64,000 nucleotides of DNA from Salpingoeca rosetta (lineage: Eukaryota; Protista; Choanoflagellata): positions 542,859 through 606,858 of the forward strand of contig JAWQFM010000016.1 of NCBI GenBank assembly GCA_033442325.1, written 5' to 3'. The position numbers were made by a program, and so were the translations under genes. Below the pieces are notes generated by a model that did not search any database, was not told where the DNA came from, and saw only the letters and a list, made by a program, of their open reading frames with translations. Positions 34,914 to 59,440 of this stretch are shown one piece after another (position 1 is the stretch's first letter; each line of letters starts with the position of its first letter).

Positions 34914-37589
34914 TCATCGCGGTCCCGCGTGCATGTGCAGTGGAATGCCCTCCTTGCTGAAGAAGGCCGCCACGCGGTTCGTGCCAGCGTCATCAAGCGT
35001 CACACGAAGTTTCATGAGCGGCCCCGAATCCGCCAACTCATCCACATCCTCAACTCGATCATCGCCAGCAGTGTCGCTGCCATCGCCCTCCAGCATACGC
35101 GCAATGTGCTCATCGTCAAACACGGACGTCAGCACCTCGGTCGCGTGCACCGTGCCTGCATTATGCAAGAACTGCGTGCCCTGTCCAAAATGCACGGGAA
35201 AGAGCACATCATAGGTCGTCCTGCCCAGCAACGCGTTCAGTCGCTTCTCAATTTCTCCCCGCAGGAGGTCCATGTTGGTTCCCGTGTGCACAGAAATGTT
35301 GAGTGCGTTGCTGTCGTCAATGAGCTCCGAGTGCTGCTGGCGCTTTGACCTGTTCGCTTCCCGATCCACACCATCGCCCTTCACGTCGCCACCACCATCG
35401 TCAGCATTGGCAGCATACACTTCACCAGCACTGAAATAACCGTCATCACCACCGCGCCCATGTTCGCCATGCTCACCACCAGCACCGCCGTGCTCGTCGT
35501 GTTCATCATCATGGCAGCCGTCACCCGTGCCCTCCACCTGCGCCACCAGTCGCTGGTACTGCTGGCTGAAGTATCCGCACGCCTCGTTCAGCACAGCCAC
35601 GTCCCCAGCTCGAATGTTCGCCCGCCAGTCATACGCAAACACATGCGGCGGCGGCGGCAAGCCCCCTCGCTCTGCCCTTGGTGCCGTTGGTGCCGTTGGT
35701 GCTGTTGGTGCTGTTGGTGCTGTTGCTGTTGTTTCTGGCGAGCTAGTCTCAGCCACGCCCTCCACCCCACCCAGCTGCTGTTGCTGTTGCTGCTGTTGCT
35801 GTCGTCGCTGTTGCTGTTGGAGGATGTCAGCCTTGGAGTTGACTTGAATGCGGTTGCGCAAGAGCGCGGGATCCAGATGAAGGTCAGAGGATAGAACGTC
35901 CAGCACGCACACCTGCTGGTCGAGCCGGTCTGGGTCTGTGCTGTCTGTCACGTGGACGATGAGGTCCGCGTACGCCACCTCCTCCAAAGTGGACATAAAC
36001 GCCTCCACCAGCTGGTGTGGAAGATCCGACACAAAGCCCACTGTGTCCACGAAAATGGCCTCAAGCCCTCCTGGCAGGCGGCCCACCCGCGCAGCCGTGT
36101 CCAGTGTTGCAAACAGCATGTCGCGTGGCGTGAGATCACCTGCGCCAGACAGCGCCTGCACAAGCGCCGTCTTGCCTGCGTTTGTGTAGCCCACGACGGC
36201 AACAACAGGCAGGCCCGTGCGGTGTGCGCCACCGCCACCGCCGCCTCCACCACTGCTGCCGTTGTTGTTGCTGCTGGTGCTGTGCGGCTGCTCTGCTCTT
36301 CGCTTTTCTCCCTTCGCCTTCGCCTTCGCATGTCGCCGCTTGCTTGTCGCTCCTTGCAAGTCGTCCATCAAGGCGTCAAAGTGCATCTCGCCACCATCGC
36401 GACCCGAGTCTGCATCATCGACCAGCAACCGTCCTCTATCACCGTCAACGCCTTCATCGCTGGCAACGACATGCTCCGAGCTGTGCGTGACGTGCGTGCG
36501 CTTGTGCATCTCTGCGCGCCTCTTCTTGATCTCCGCCAGCTCCTGTTTGATGCGCTTTTGCCGCATGTTCAAGCGCCGCTTCTCCTTCTCAAGTGGCGTC
36601 TCCCCAGCTCCACTCACCGCATGCTGTCCGCCACGCTGCCGCTCGCCGTGCCCGTGCTGGTGGTCAAACAGCGTCGCCGCAGCACCAAGGCCGAAAGTGT
36701 CGCCGGGAAGGGCGCGGAAGGTGGTGGACAGCCGCGCGCGTGCGTACGGAATCTGCGCCAGCTCAACCTGCAGCTTCGCCTCGCGCGTCGACGCACGTGC
36801 GCGGAAGATGTCCAAGATCACACGAAACCTGTCCAGCACGGGCACGCCCCACGCCTCCTCCAGCGCCAGCTGCTGGCGAGGCGTGAGCGCCAGCGTGTTG
36901 ACAAACACCGCATCCACACGGCGGCGAGCTGGGTCATCCTTGCGCGCCACATGCCCCTCAAGGAAGCTCAGGTCGTCGTCGTCCGCGACGCCTGCCCCGC
37001 AATTGCCATCGTGCTCAGCATCGTCATCAGCCACCGCGGCAGCGCTGTGCGCTTCAACAATGGCCGTCATCTCCTCCATCTTGCCGCGCGTGAAGAAGAC
37101 GTCGTGTGCAACGTCACGCACCGGCACCAGGAGTGCCGCGGTTGGCTGCAGGCTTGGGGTTGCCGATGCCAACGCTACGGCCTCGTCAAGCTGCAACAGC
37201 GGGTGTCGGCGAGATCGGTGGCGGTAGTGATGGAAGTGGGGCTGAAGTACCAGTACGCGTGCGCGATCACTGGCGGCGCCCGCTGTTGTTGTTCCTGCTC
37301 GTGGTGCAGAGTGTGAATCTGACGAGGAGCGGCTGCTCTTCCACCTCCTAGTTGCAAGCACACCTGCGAGCGGAGTGCGCCGCGCTGTTGCTCCGCGCCG
37401 CTGGCATTGCGCTGCTGCTGCTGCCGCTGCCGCTGCTTCCGCTGCTTCCGTTGCCAGCAACAGGCACCGCTGTCGGCAGCGCTGGCGTGCAAGCACAACA
37501 ACAGGGAGCATTGTTGGGTGTTGGTCGTTGTAGTGGTGGTGTTCTTCAATGACTGTCCTGTACTTTTGTTTCGTTCCGGATGATTGCAT
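34914..37589 (-). CDS. hflX: HflX-family GTPase (GTPBP6-like, probably mitochondrial), single exon; the true start may be the ATG at 37511
   Basis: LDEAVALA, LTPRQQLALEEAWGVPVLDRFRVILDIFRARASTREAKLQVELAQ, GAGET, G1 VVGYTNAGKT, G2 LFATLDT, G3 DTVGFVSDLP, G4 SKAD, G5 ISVHTG; Arg/Ala-rich N-terminus resembles a transit peptide. Confidence 0.92.
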   Translation of the reverse strand: MQSSGTKQKYRTVIEEHHHYNDQHPTMLPVVVLARQRCRQRCLLLATEAAEAAAAAAAAAQCQRRGATARRTPLAGVLATRRWKSSRSSSDSHSAPRAGTTTAGAASDRARVLVLQPHFHHYRHRSRRHPLLQLDEAVALASATPSLQPTAALLVPVRDVAHDVFFTRGKMEEMTAIVEAHSAAAVADDDAEHDGNCGAGVADDDDLSFLEGHVARKDDPARRRVDAVFVNTLALTPRQQLALEEAWGVPVLDRFRVILDIFRARASTREAKLQVELAQIPYARARLSTTFRALPGDTFGLGAAATLFDHQHGHGERQRGGQHAVSGAGETPLEKEKRRLNMRQKRIKQELAEIKKRRAEMHKRTHVTHSSEHVVASDEGVDGDRGRLLVDDADSGRDGGEMHFDALMDDLQGATSKRRHAKAKAKGEKRRAEQPHSTSSNNNGSSGGGGGGGGAHRTGLPVVAVVGYTNAGKTALVQALSGAGDLTPRDMLFATLDTAARVGRLPGGLEAIFVDTVGFVSDLPHQLVEAFMSTLEEVAYADLIVHVTDSTDPDRLDQQVCVLDVLSSDLHLDPALLRNRIQVNSKADILQQQQRRQQQQQQQQQLGGVEGVAETSSPETTATAPTAPTAPTAPTAPRAERGGLPPPPHVFAYDWRANIRAGDVAVLNEACGYFSQQYQRLVAQVEGTGDGCHDDEHDEHGGAGGEHGEHGRGGDDGYFSAGEVYAANADDGGGDVKGDGVDREANRSKRQQHSELIDDSNALNISVHTGTNMDLLRGEIEKRLNALLGRTTYDVLFPVHFGQGTQFLHNAGTVHATEVLTSVFDDEHIARMLEGDGSDTAGDDRVEDVDELADSGPLMKLRVTLDDAGTNRVAAFFSKEGIPLHMHAGPR

Positions 37590-37677
37590 GCTGATTTAGC
37601 GACATTCTCTCAACGTAAATTTTCGCGGGAAACTCAAACCACGCTAAGAAGACGCTTCCGTTTGTAACGCTTGTGAC

Positions 37678-41556
<3,879 letters not shown>

Positions 41557-41808
41557 CGGGAACGCCATTTATGTGTGTGTGTGTGGGGGGGGGGGAGGGA
41601 AGACGAGACGCGGACAGAGCAGAGTACAGAGCGGGTTCGAAGGAGAACGCAGACAAGCAGAAAGCAAGAGAGAATCACGCCAACGAGCTAGAAGCTAGCA
41701 CGTGTATCCTTGAAGCCTTCAACAAGGACTTGAATTCACTCACTCTCCAAACATAAACAGTTCGGAAATGTGCTTGAAATCATTCACCAGAACTCGCAAG
41801 TCATCAAG

Positions 41809-50392
<8,584 letters not shown>

Positions 50393-51053
50393 CGATCATC
50401 GATGGCACAGCTTTGCCCGGCCGTGTATGTGGACGTGGTTGCTGTTGTATTCGGTGTGCAAGTGCAAGCATGCATCAGCGGGAAGGTGCCTTGTTCCAGC
50501 GCCTGCCAACCACAGTTGTCATCCTTCCAACCCCACTTCCTTGCTTCTGTTGCGTCTTTACTGTGAATCGCAACGACCACGTGGCAATGTTAGGGCGCGA
50601 CATAAATTGGACAAAAGCGCAGAAATACATGGGCAGAAACAGCTGCAACAAAAACTGAGGCAGGGCGGGGGATTGCAAAGAAGACGTGATGTGATGTGAT
50701 GTGACCGCTCTCATGATAACGCTTTCGACGGCATGTGCAGCATGAAATTGAAATGAGGGAACAGTAACGGAGCGACTGAAGCGCAAGCAGGAACAGGCGA
50801 AACGGAGAGAAAGCACACGTTGTCTGTACGACACAAACAAAACCAAAGCAAAAAAAAAAAAAGCAACAAATGAAGATGAAGAGCAGCACGCAGCATGCAA
50901 GCATCAGACAGCCTGCAGCAAGCAGGGCGATCATGCGTGCCGGTGGAGAAATAATGAATTGTCTTGAAGGAAGTTGGGTGGGTGCGCCGCTGTAACGGGC
51001 TGTGCCGAGAACAAGCCAGTGTGCAAGGGAGAGGTGCGCTTTCGTCCCGTTCC

Positions 51054-52339
51054 TCACACGAGATAGGAGGCCTTGCGCTGCACAAAGCGGTGGGAGCGAC
51101 GAGAGGTGGCAAACGTGGCAATCTCTGCCATGCGGTCATCAACGGTCTGACGCTTCGACGCGTGCTCGAGGAGGTAGGGAGCAAGATCCGCCATTGTGTT
51201 TTCTGTTGGTAGAAGAGGACGCACCTCCTCACCCTCTTGAGAGCCGAGCAGCAGGAAGGTCTTCATGTGGCCCTTGCCCTTGATGTCAATGTGCCCGCGC
51301 GGCACAATCTCAAACTCGTGATCTGTCGGCAGCGCCTGCGTGAAGCGGTATGTCGCCTGGATACACCCGGGCAGCCCGTTGCTCTCCATGCGCGAGGCGA
51401 CGTTCACCGTGTCGCCAAACAGGCAGTAGCGTGGGCGCGCACGGCCAACAACGCCGGCCATCAGTGGACCAGAGTGCAGCCCAACGCGGATGCGAATCGG
51501 CTCGCCGTCAAGCGGCGACTTGACGGTCTCAGCCGTGCGCACCATGTCGATGGCAAGACGGGCAATGCGTACGGCGTGGTCCTCGCACTCCTCCGGGCAG
51601 CCGGCAGCCACCATGTACGCGTCGCCAATTGTCTCCACCTTGTAGCAGCCGTGCTTGTCGGCAAGGTCGTCAAACTTCACAAACAGATGGTGCAGCATCT
51701 TCATGATCTGTGCGTATGCATGAATGCGTGCGTGTGTATGCGAGGGAATCGTTGTGTGAGTTGCTTGGCAGGCGGGTGATATGATATGGTGGGCAGGAGG
51801 AGGAGGAAGCGAACACGCATGGATGGGAGGGAGGATGGAAGGGTGGGTGGTTTGACCGACAAAGGCAGAAAAGTACACAAACACACACACACACACAGAC
51901 ACACACACAGACACACACACACACACACGCAGACACACACACACACAGACACACACCTCGGTGGCTGGGACTTCGGAGGAGATGTTGGTGAAGCCCGCAA
52001 TGTCGCAGAACAGCACAGTCACCTAACAGGGCAAAGAAGAAGCGTGAGCGTGCACTCGTGTGTGCCTGCAGGCAACCCACATCGCACCACATCACACGCA
52101 CATTTGCTTGCATGCAAGGAAACAAAAACGCCCGCCACTGAAAAAGACCACGGCAGCACAACACTTACGTGCTTGTACTCCTCGGCTGGTGGAATCTCCC
52201 CGCGCGCCAGTGAGCTTGCAACAACCTGCGTCATGGAATGGAAGGGGAAAGGCAAAGCGATGCGGTTGTGAGCAGGCAGTGCGAACGTAGCTACTTATGC
52301 ACACATACACAACAAACACACACAACACACATACACACA

Positions 52340-52428
<89 letters not shown>

Positions 52429-53283
52429 GACCACGTACCGGAGGGAGGATGCTGTGGAGGAGGGCATCAATCTGCTCCTTCTTCTGCTGCACCTCCAGCA
52501 TCGAGTGGTCGAGTTCAGCCATGCGCTTGTCCACTTCGTTGGTGTTCTTGGCAGAGGCAGACTGGAACATGGCACCATACAGGAACTCGCGTCCGTGGCT
52601 GTGCAGGGGAAGCTCGGTGAGGTTGATGCCCTGTGCCTCCATCTCCTCCAGGGAGTGGAGGGCCGGGACGCCGACGAAGAGCAGCAGGTCGGAGCCCTCG
52701 TGGTACGTGACCTGCCCGTGCAGCTTGATGTTGTCCACTTTGTTCGTCAAACGAGCTGCGCGCATCATCATATCGACAGATGTGCGCTTCGACGAGGCCG
52801 CAGAAGTGCTGGCCGATGACATGGAGGAGAAGGGGCAGCCGCCAACAGCAGAGCCACGGTCAGCAAGCTGATCGGGCCCGAGCGTTGGGCGCTGGCTTCC
52901 GGCGTGGGACGTGTTGGCAGACGACGCGTCGTGCACGTGCTGGTGAGGCTGCTGCGGCTGCTGTTGGTCAAGCTTGCGCACGTGCTTGGCGTCGACGGAG
53001 AGAAGAATGGGGGCGCCCTGAGTGGTCTTGAGACTGTCAAAGCTGAATGACATACCGAGTGGGCGGACAAGTTTGAACACGTGCGAGGCACTGGCGCCCA
53101 GCTGCTGCTTCTTGAAGCGGGCAGCCAAGTGCTTGCCAACCGACGCGATCTTCATGTCGCGATCAAAGGCCACGTGCCATGGGAAGAGCTCGTTGGTGAC
53201 CTCCGTGGGCAGGTCCACGGTGCATTCTTGCTCTGCCTCCTTGTCAGTTTCCCGTTGATGGCCGTACTCACTGCAAACAAGAC

Positions 53284-53354
<71 letters not shown>

Positions 53355-53375
53355 TGTATGTGTGTGTGTATGTGT

Positions 53376-53418
<43 letters not shown>

Positions 53419-54634
53419 AGCGAGTTTGTGAGAGAGTGTGTGCCACAGATACATGTCGGTGAGACACGAGTGGAACCAGTGCAGCAAACACCGAAACCAT
53501 TGAAACACAAGCATGAACAGATGTCGAGAAATGAGAGGCAATTGTAGAAAACATGCAAATAAAAACAAACGAATACAGCATGTCTCCTTGCTTGCCAGTG
53601 ACTCAACAATCTCGCGAGTGCACTGCTTCGTGTTTGTGATTGCTGTGCCCGCACCTTTCATCGAGGAAGACGTGGAAGACATCGTGGCTGTTGCCGTCGT
53701 CCTTCTTCACACGGTGGTGCATGGTGAGATCGAGGTCGAAGAGCTGGGCTCCGCACGCTTCGAGGGCGCCCATCATGAAGTTGGAGAGGCCGGCGTTGCT
53801 GCTGTAGTAGTGGATGGAGAGGGAGCCGTCGTCGTTGCGGACGGGTCGCACAGAGGGCGCGCGCATCTTGGGGAAGGAAGGGAGGAACGACTCGTGGAGG
53901 CTGTCCAGGTTGCCGAGCATGGTGTAGAAGTCATCGCCGAGGGTGCGGAGGGCGTCACCGTAGCCGCTCTCCAGAAGACCGACGAGGAAGTTCTTGCCAG
54001 CTTCATACTTGCACTCATCCTCCGTGCGGCCGGTCACCTGGAACGAGCATTATTGGAAAAATGGTTCAACCAGTCAGCTTTGGAAAGAAGAGCAGCAGCG
54101 CGATGGGCGCAATGCACTCACATGCAGATGTGCGTTAACAAGCCACGCATAAACACAGCCACACAGGTACACACAGACACACAGACGCACACAGACACAC
54201 ACACACACAGCCACACAGACACACACAGACACACATGTTACCTTAGCGATGGCGGCGAGAAAGGCGGCCGTCTGGCTGCTCGAGTAGTGGCGGAAAAAGT
54301 CGTCGGCACTGCCGTCAAAGTTGACTTCGGCCAGGACCATATGCAGCAGCTGTTGGCCGTCTGGCAGCGACGTTAGCCACGCCGTCAGGGCCTGCAAAAT
54401 GGGGCCATCACAGATGTCATCAGAACCATACCGAGTAAGGGCACACGTTACGCAAAGGCAAGTGTTTGGGGCTGATTGGGTGGCACCGGCGAGTGACAAC
54501 AGGGATCGAAAGGCAGGTGGCAGATCAGCCAAGGAGAGCAAAGAACGGATGCCATCGCACTATCGCAAACCAAGTAAAGCGTCTCCTGCGCGTGCTCTGA
54601 GCGCCTGCCTGACCTTGTGGAGAACTCCATACAT
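51054..54634 (-). CDS. Soluble guanylyl cyclase paralogue A (H-NOX, PAS/HNOBA, coiled coil, class III cyclase)
   Basis: MYGVLHK| start; [16 protein letters not shown] (proximal His), PKMRAPS, HYYSSN; [14 protein letters not shown]; LLHSILPP; [57 protein letters not shown]. Confidence 0.95.
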
Positions 54635-57033
54635 GGCGCTGGTCGGTTGTCTTGATCAAGGAGGTTTGTATGGAGAATGCGTACAAGATTGCCGAGAGCG
54701 ACGCTGCGATCGAGGGATCGGATGGGAAATGAAGCCGCTGCGATGCCGCGGTCGGGTTGGAACAAGAAACTTGAAGTCTTGAGCTATGAGAATGCGGCGG
54801 CTGTATGGCGAGGGGGCGCTTTTCTTGGTTGGTGGGTCGGGAAGGAAGGAGGAACGGTTGTCAATGCAAGCGAGGTGGGGCCGCGGGACGTGGGGCGGGG
54901 GCGGGCTCTTGAGTGGTGTTGGGGTGAAGGTTGGAAAATGAACACTTTCATCAGAGCGAGTGCAGATGGCGTAATGGCAGAGGTGCTGCTGTTTCCAGTG
55001 CCACAGCGCGTGGCAGTGTCGGTTGAGGCGAGTTTGTGTGGCTTTTGTTGTAGCAGCCGGTTGGTAGTGACGGCGACTGCAAAGTCTCAAACCTGCATGC
55101 CACACTTGCTCATGCCGTTGTCAGTGGCGACACAAAGAGAAGACGAGTGTAATGGGGTCCGTCCGGGTTGTGAGGGATGCGGCATACCGCCATTTCAAGA
55201 CGCTTTTAATCAGAGACATCACCGGAGCCGCAACCAACCAATCAACCACAGAGATGGTGGGAGCAACGCGCTGAAAAGGTGACGAGAAGAGCAATGGGGC
55301 TCGCATGCGATGGAAGAAAGAGGCACAAAGCGTCTCGTGTGCACAACAAATGGAACAAACAGTTGTTTGGCTGTCCTTGTTGGCGTTGCTTGCGTGTGTC
55401 TGTTCCTTGCGCGTTGCCATCGCAGACGGCACCATCCCAACTCCAGCGCGGCCAGCAGGACGGCGTCAGCGCAACCTTCGTCCCTTTGCGAGCATCCAAA
55501 ACGAAAACGGTTTCGGAAGAACTACTGAAATCATTTGTAAAATTTCGGCAACATCAGGCTGGTTGCTTGCAGGCAGCCGGACGAAGCTTGGCTGACGAAG
55601 AAGAAGGTGTCAGCCTCAAGGTGATGGCGACGAGGGGCTTGTGGGGGGCTTGCTTGCTTGCAGGGGCTTTGTGTGCGCATGGCAACGTGACGCTGGGGGG
55701 GGGGGCGAGCCCACGTTGCTCCTGTCACTTCGAGAAAGCAAGCGCAGCTGGGTTGAGTGCGCGAGCGCTGGGTTGAGTTTGAGTTGAGTTCAAGGGGTCG
55801 GGTGTGCTGTTGAGGAGTCGTGTTGGCTTGTTGGTGCCACTGCTGCTGCTGGCTGGCGGTTGTTTGGACGGGACAAACCCTTGCTCACTCAGACCACGAC
55901 CGAACGGGTGAGGGAGGGAAAGGAAGAAAGAAAAGGCTGACATGACGAAGACAAGGGTAGATGAGCGCATGTGCAACAGACAGATGTGGCAAGGTGCAAG
56001 GTCGGAAGTGCCTCTCTTGCTTGCCTGTTTGTGCTTGTGTTGCTGTGGCTGTTGTTGACGTTGACAGCTGCGAGGAGCGAGTAAGCGAGCAAGTGCCAGG
56101 GTTTGTCGCGCCCGCAACACGTCAGCCTGACGTTTGTCGTTGCTCTTCCCGACCAAACACACGACCACACACACACACACAGAAGCACAGAGCAAGAGAG
56201 CAGAAGCCTCGAAGCTGACCAGAGAGTTGTGTGCGCGTGCGGTTGTTGTTTTGAAAAACCTAACCTGGAAGATAGGAATGAGCTGAAGGGAGCAAGCATG
56301 GCAAAGGTGTCACACACGTACGCGTGCCTTCTGTCGTCACTGCTGGTCTGCTGGTTGGCGGGTCGTTGACGTCACCCCGCTTCCCTTGGTGCGAGTTGGT
56401 CTGCAACGGATATCCCCCGTGCGCTGCTGGTCAGCTGGTCAGGTCAGGCAACAGTTGCTCGACGATTGTAGGATTGTGCGTGTGCGTGTATGTGCATGTG
56501 TGTGTATGTGTGCGTGTGTGTGTGGGGCAGCAGGGCGGTGTTGGTACAGGTTAGATGCTTCACAGGTTTACTGAGAACAAACAGAGAGCATGAGACGTAA
56601 AGTCAAGAGCAAATGCAAGCGAAGCAGTAGTGAATGAGAGCCAACCCTCTGAGGGCGTTGTCAACACCAGCATCAAACCAAAGACAGCGAGCATGCACGA
56701 AATTATGAGAAGAGGAAGCATATGCGCACACGCGCGCGCGTACAAGCACAAACACAACCACACACAAGCACACACACATGCACACCAAACACTTGCAGTG
56801 TCTTCATCAGCTTTCAGCAGGGACACATCCACATGCACGCACACGTGCAACAACTGACTGCACCGCAGCCAGCGTAGTCACCACCCGCCGTGTCACCACA
56901 GCTCCATGTCAGTAAAGCAAACGAAAAAGACGAAAAAAAAAAAAAACAGAAAGCAGAAAGTAGGAGGGTGTGTCCCGGTGAAGCAAACGGCGCAGACAAG
57001 CACGACGTCTGTACGGTGCTCGAGTGAGCAGAG

Positions 57034-59374
57034 TCAGACCATGTATGACGCCTTGCGCTGGAGGGCCCTACGGTTGCGCAGCGATGTCGCACAAGTGGAA
57101 ACTTCGGCAAGCCGGTCATCAACAGTTTCGCGCGCAGCAGTCATTTTCAGCAGGTGCGGGGCAATGTCCTCCATCTTGTTCTGCGACGGCATGAGGGGCT
57201 CCATGCACTCGTCGTCCAGAGCACCGAGCAGCAGGAAGGTCTTCATGTGGCCCTTGCCCTTGATGTCAATGTGCCCGCGCGGCACAATCTCAAACTCGTG
57301 ATCTGTCGGCAGCGCCTGCGTGAAGCGGTATGTCGCCTGGATACACCCGGGCAGCCCGTTGCTCTCCATGCGCGAGGCGACGTTCACCGTGTCGCCAAAC
57401 AGGCAGTAGCGTGGGCGCGCACGGCCAACAACGCCGGCCATCAGTGGACCAGAGTGCAGCCCAACGCGGATGCGAATCGGCTCGCCGTCAAGCGGCGACT
57501 TGACGGTCTCAGCCGTGCGCACCATGTCGATGGCAAGACGGGCAATGCGTACGGCGTGGTCCTCGCACTCCTCCGGGCAGCCTGCAGCCACCATGTACGC
57601 GTCGCCAATTGTCTCCACCTTGTAGCAGCCGTGCTTGTCGGCAAGGTCGTCAAACTTCACAAACAGATGGTGCAGCATCTTCATGATCTGTGCGTGTGCA
57701 TGAATGCGTGCGTGTGTATGCGAGGGAATCGTTGTGTGAGTTGCTTGGCAGGCGGGTGATATGATATGGTGGGCAGGAGGAAGCGAACACGCATGGACGG
57801 AAGGGGAATGGAAGGGTGGGTGGTTTGACCGACAAAGGCAGAAAAGTACACAGACGCACACACACACACACACACATACACAGACGCACACACACACACA
57901 CATACACAGACACACACACACACACACGCAGACACACACACACACAGACACACACCTCGGTGGCTGGGACTTCGGAGGAGATGTTGGTGAAGCCCGCAAT
58001 GTCGCAGAACAGCACAGTCACCTAACAGGGCAAAGAAGAAGCGTGAGCGTGCACTCGTGTGTGCCTGCAGGCAACCCACATCGCACCACATCACACGCAC
58101 ATTTGCTTGCATGCAAGGAAACAAAAACGCCCGCCACTGAAAAAGACCACGGCAGCACAACACTTACGTGCTTGTAGTGTTCGGCTGGTGGAATCTCCCC
58201 GCGCGCCAGTGAGCTCGCAACAACCTGTGTCATGGAATGGAAGGGGAAAGACAAAGCGATGCAGTTGTGAGCAGGCAGTGCGAGTTTAGCTGCTAATGCA
58301 CACACACACAAACACACACACACACACACACACACACAACAAACGCACACACGCACACACACACACGCACACACACACGCACACACACACAACCACACGT
58401 ACCGGGGGGAGGATGCTGTGGAGGAGGGCATCAATCTGCTCCTTCTTCTGCTGCACCTCCAGCATCGAGTGGTCGAGTTCAGCCATGCGCTTGTCGACTT
58501 CGTTGGTGTTCTTGGCAGAGGCAGACTGATACATGGCGCCATACAGGAACTCGCGTCCGTGGCTGTGCAGAGGCAGCTCGGTGAGGTTGATGCCCTGTGC
58601 CTCCATCTCCTCCAGGGAGTGGAGGGCCGGGACGCCGACGAAGAGCAGCAGGTCGGACTCCTCGTGGTACGTGATCTGCCCGTGCAGCTTGATGTTGTCC
58701 ACCTTGCTTGTGAGCCGGGCTGCACGCAGCAGCATGTCAGCCGAGGAGCGCTTTGATGACGTGTTGGAGCTGAAGGACGACGATGTGCCCGAGAAGGGGC
58801 AGCCTGTTGACGACTCGCTGCCACGCGCGCCAGAGGGGTCCGTCACTTGCAGTTGGGGAAGATGGTGCGTCAGCGTCACCACGCTCTCATCGACTGTTAC
58901 CTCGTGCGTCAGGTGCTTGGCGTCGACGGAGAGAAGAATGGGCGCACCCTGCACTTGCAGCATGTCGTCAAACTTGAGACGCATGCTTGATGGCCGCACG
59001 ACCTTGAACACTTGCCAGGCCTGCGCGCCAATCTGCTTCCTCTTCAGGCGAGAGGCAAGGTGTTTGCCAAGCGACGCGATCTTCATGTCGCGATCAAAGG
59101 CCACGTGCCATGGGAAGAGGTCATTCGTGAGGCTGGGTGGCATGGCCACCGTGCACTGTTTCTTCGCCTCCTCATCCTCTTTGCGCTTGGTGCCGTAGCC
59201 CCTGTGACATCATGTGTGTGAGACAGAAGAAATGATCTACGTGAGGAATTACTCGTGTGACATGTTGCCCGTGCGGTTGGGCACGGTTGTGCAAGCACAA
59301 CGGATGAAGAGGTAGGCAGGCAGGCAGACCCACATGCACACGAACACACACACACGCACACACAGACACACACG

Positions 59375-59440
<66 letters not shown>

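Noticed and set aside
55279-55776. 165-aa ORF between the sGC genes
   Set aside because: No recognisable motif or splice support, and it lacks an ATG-initiated coding-like composition
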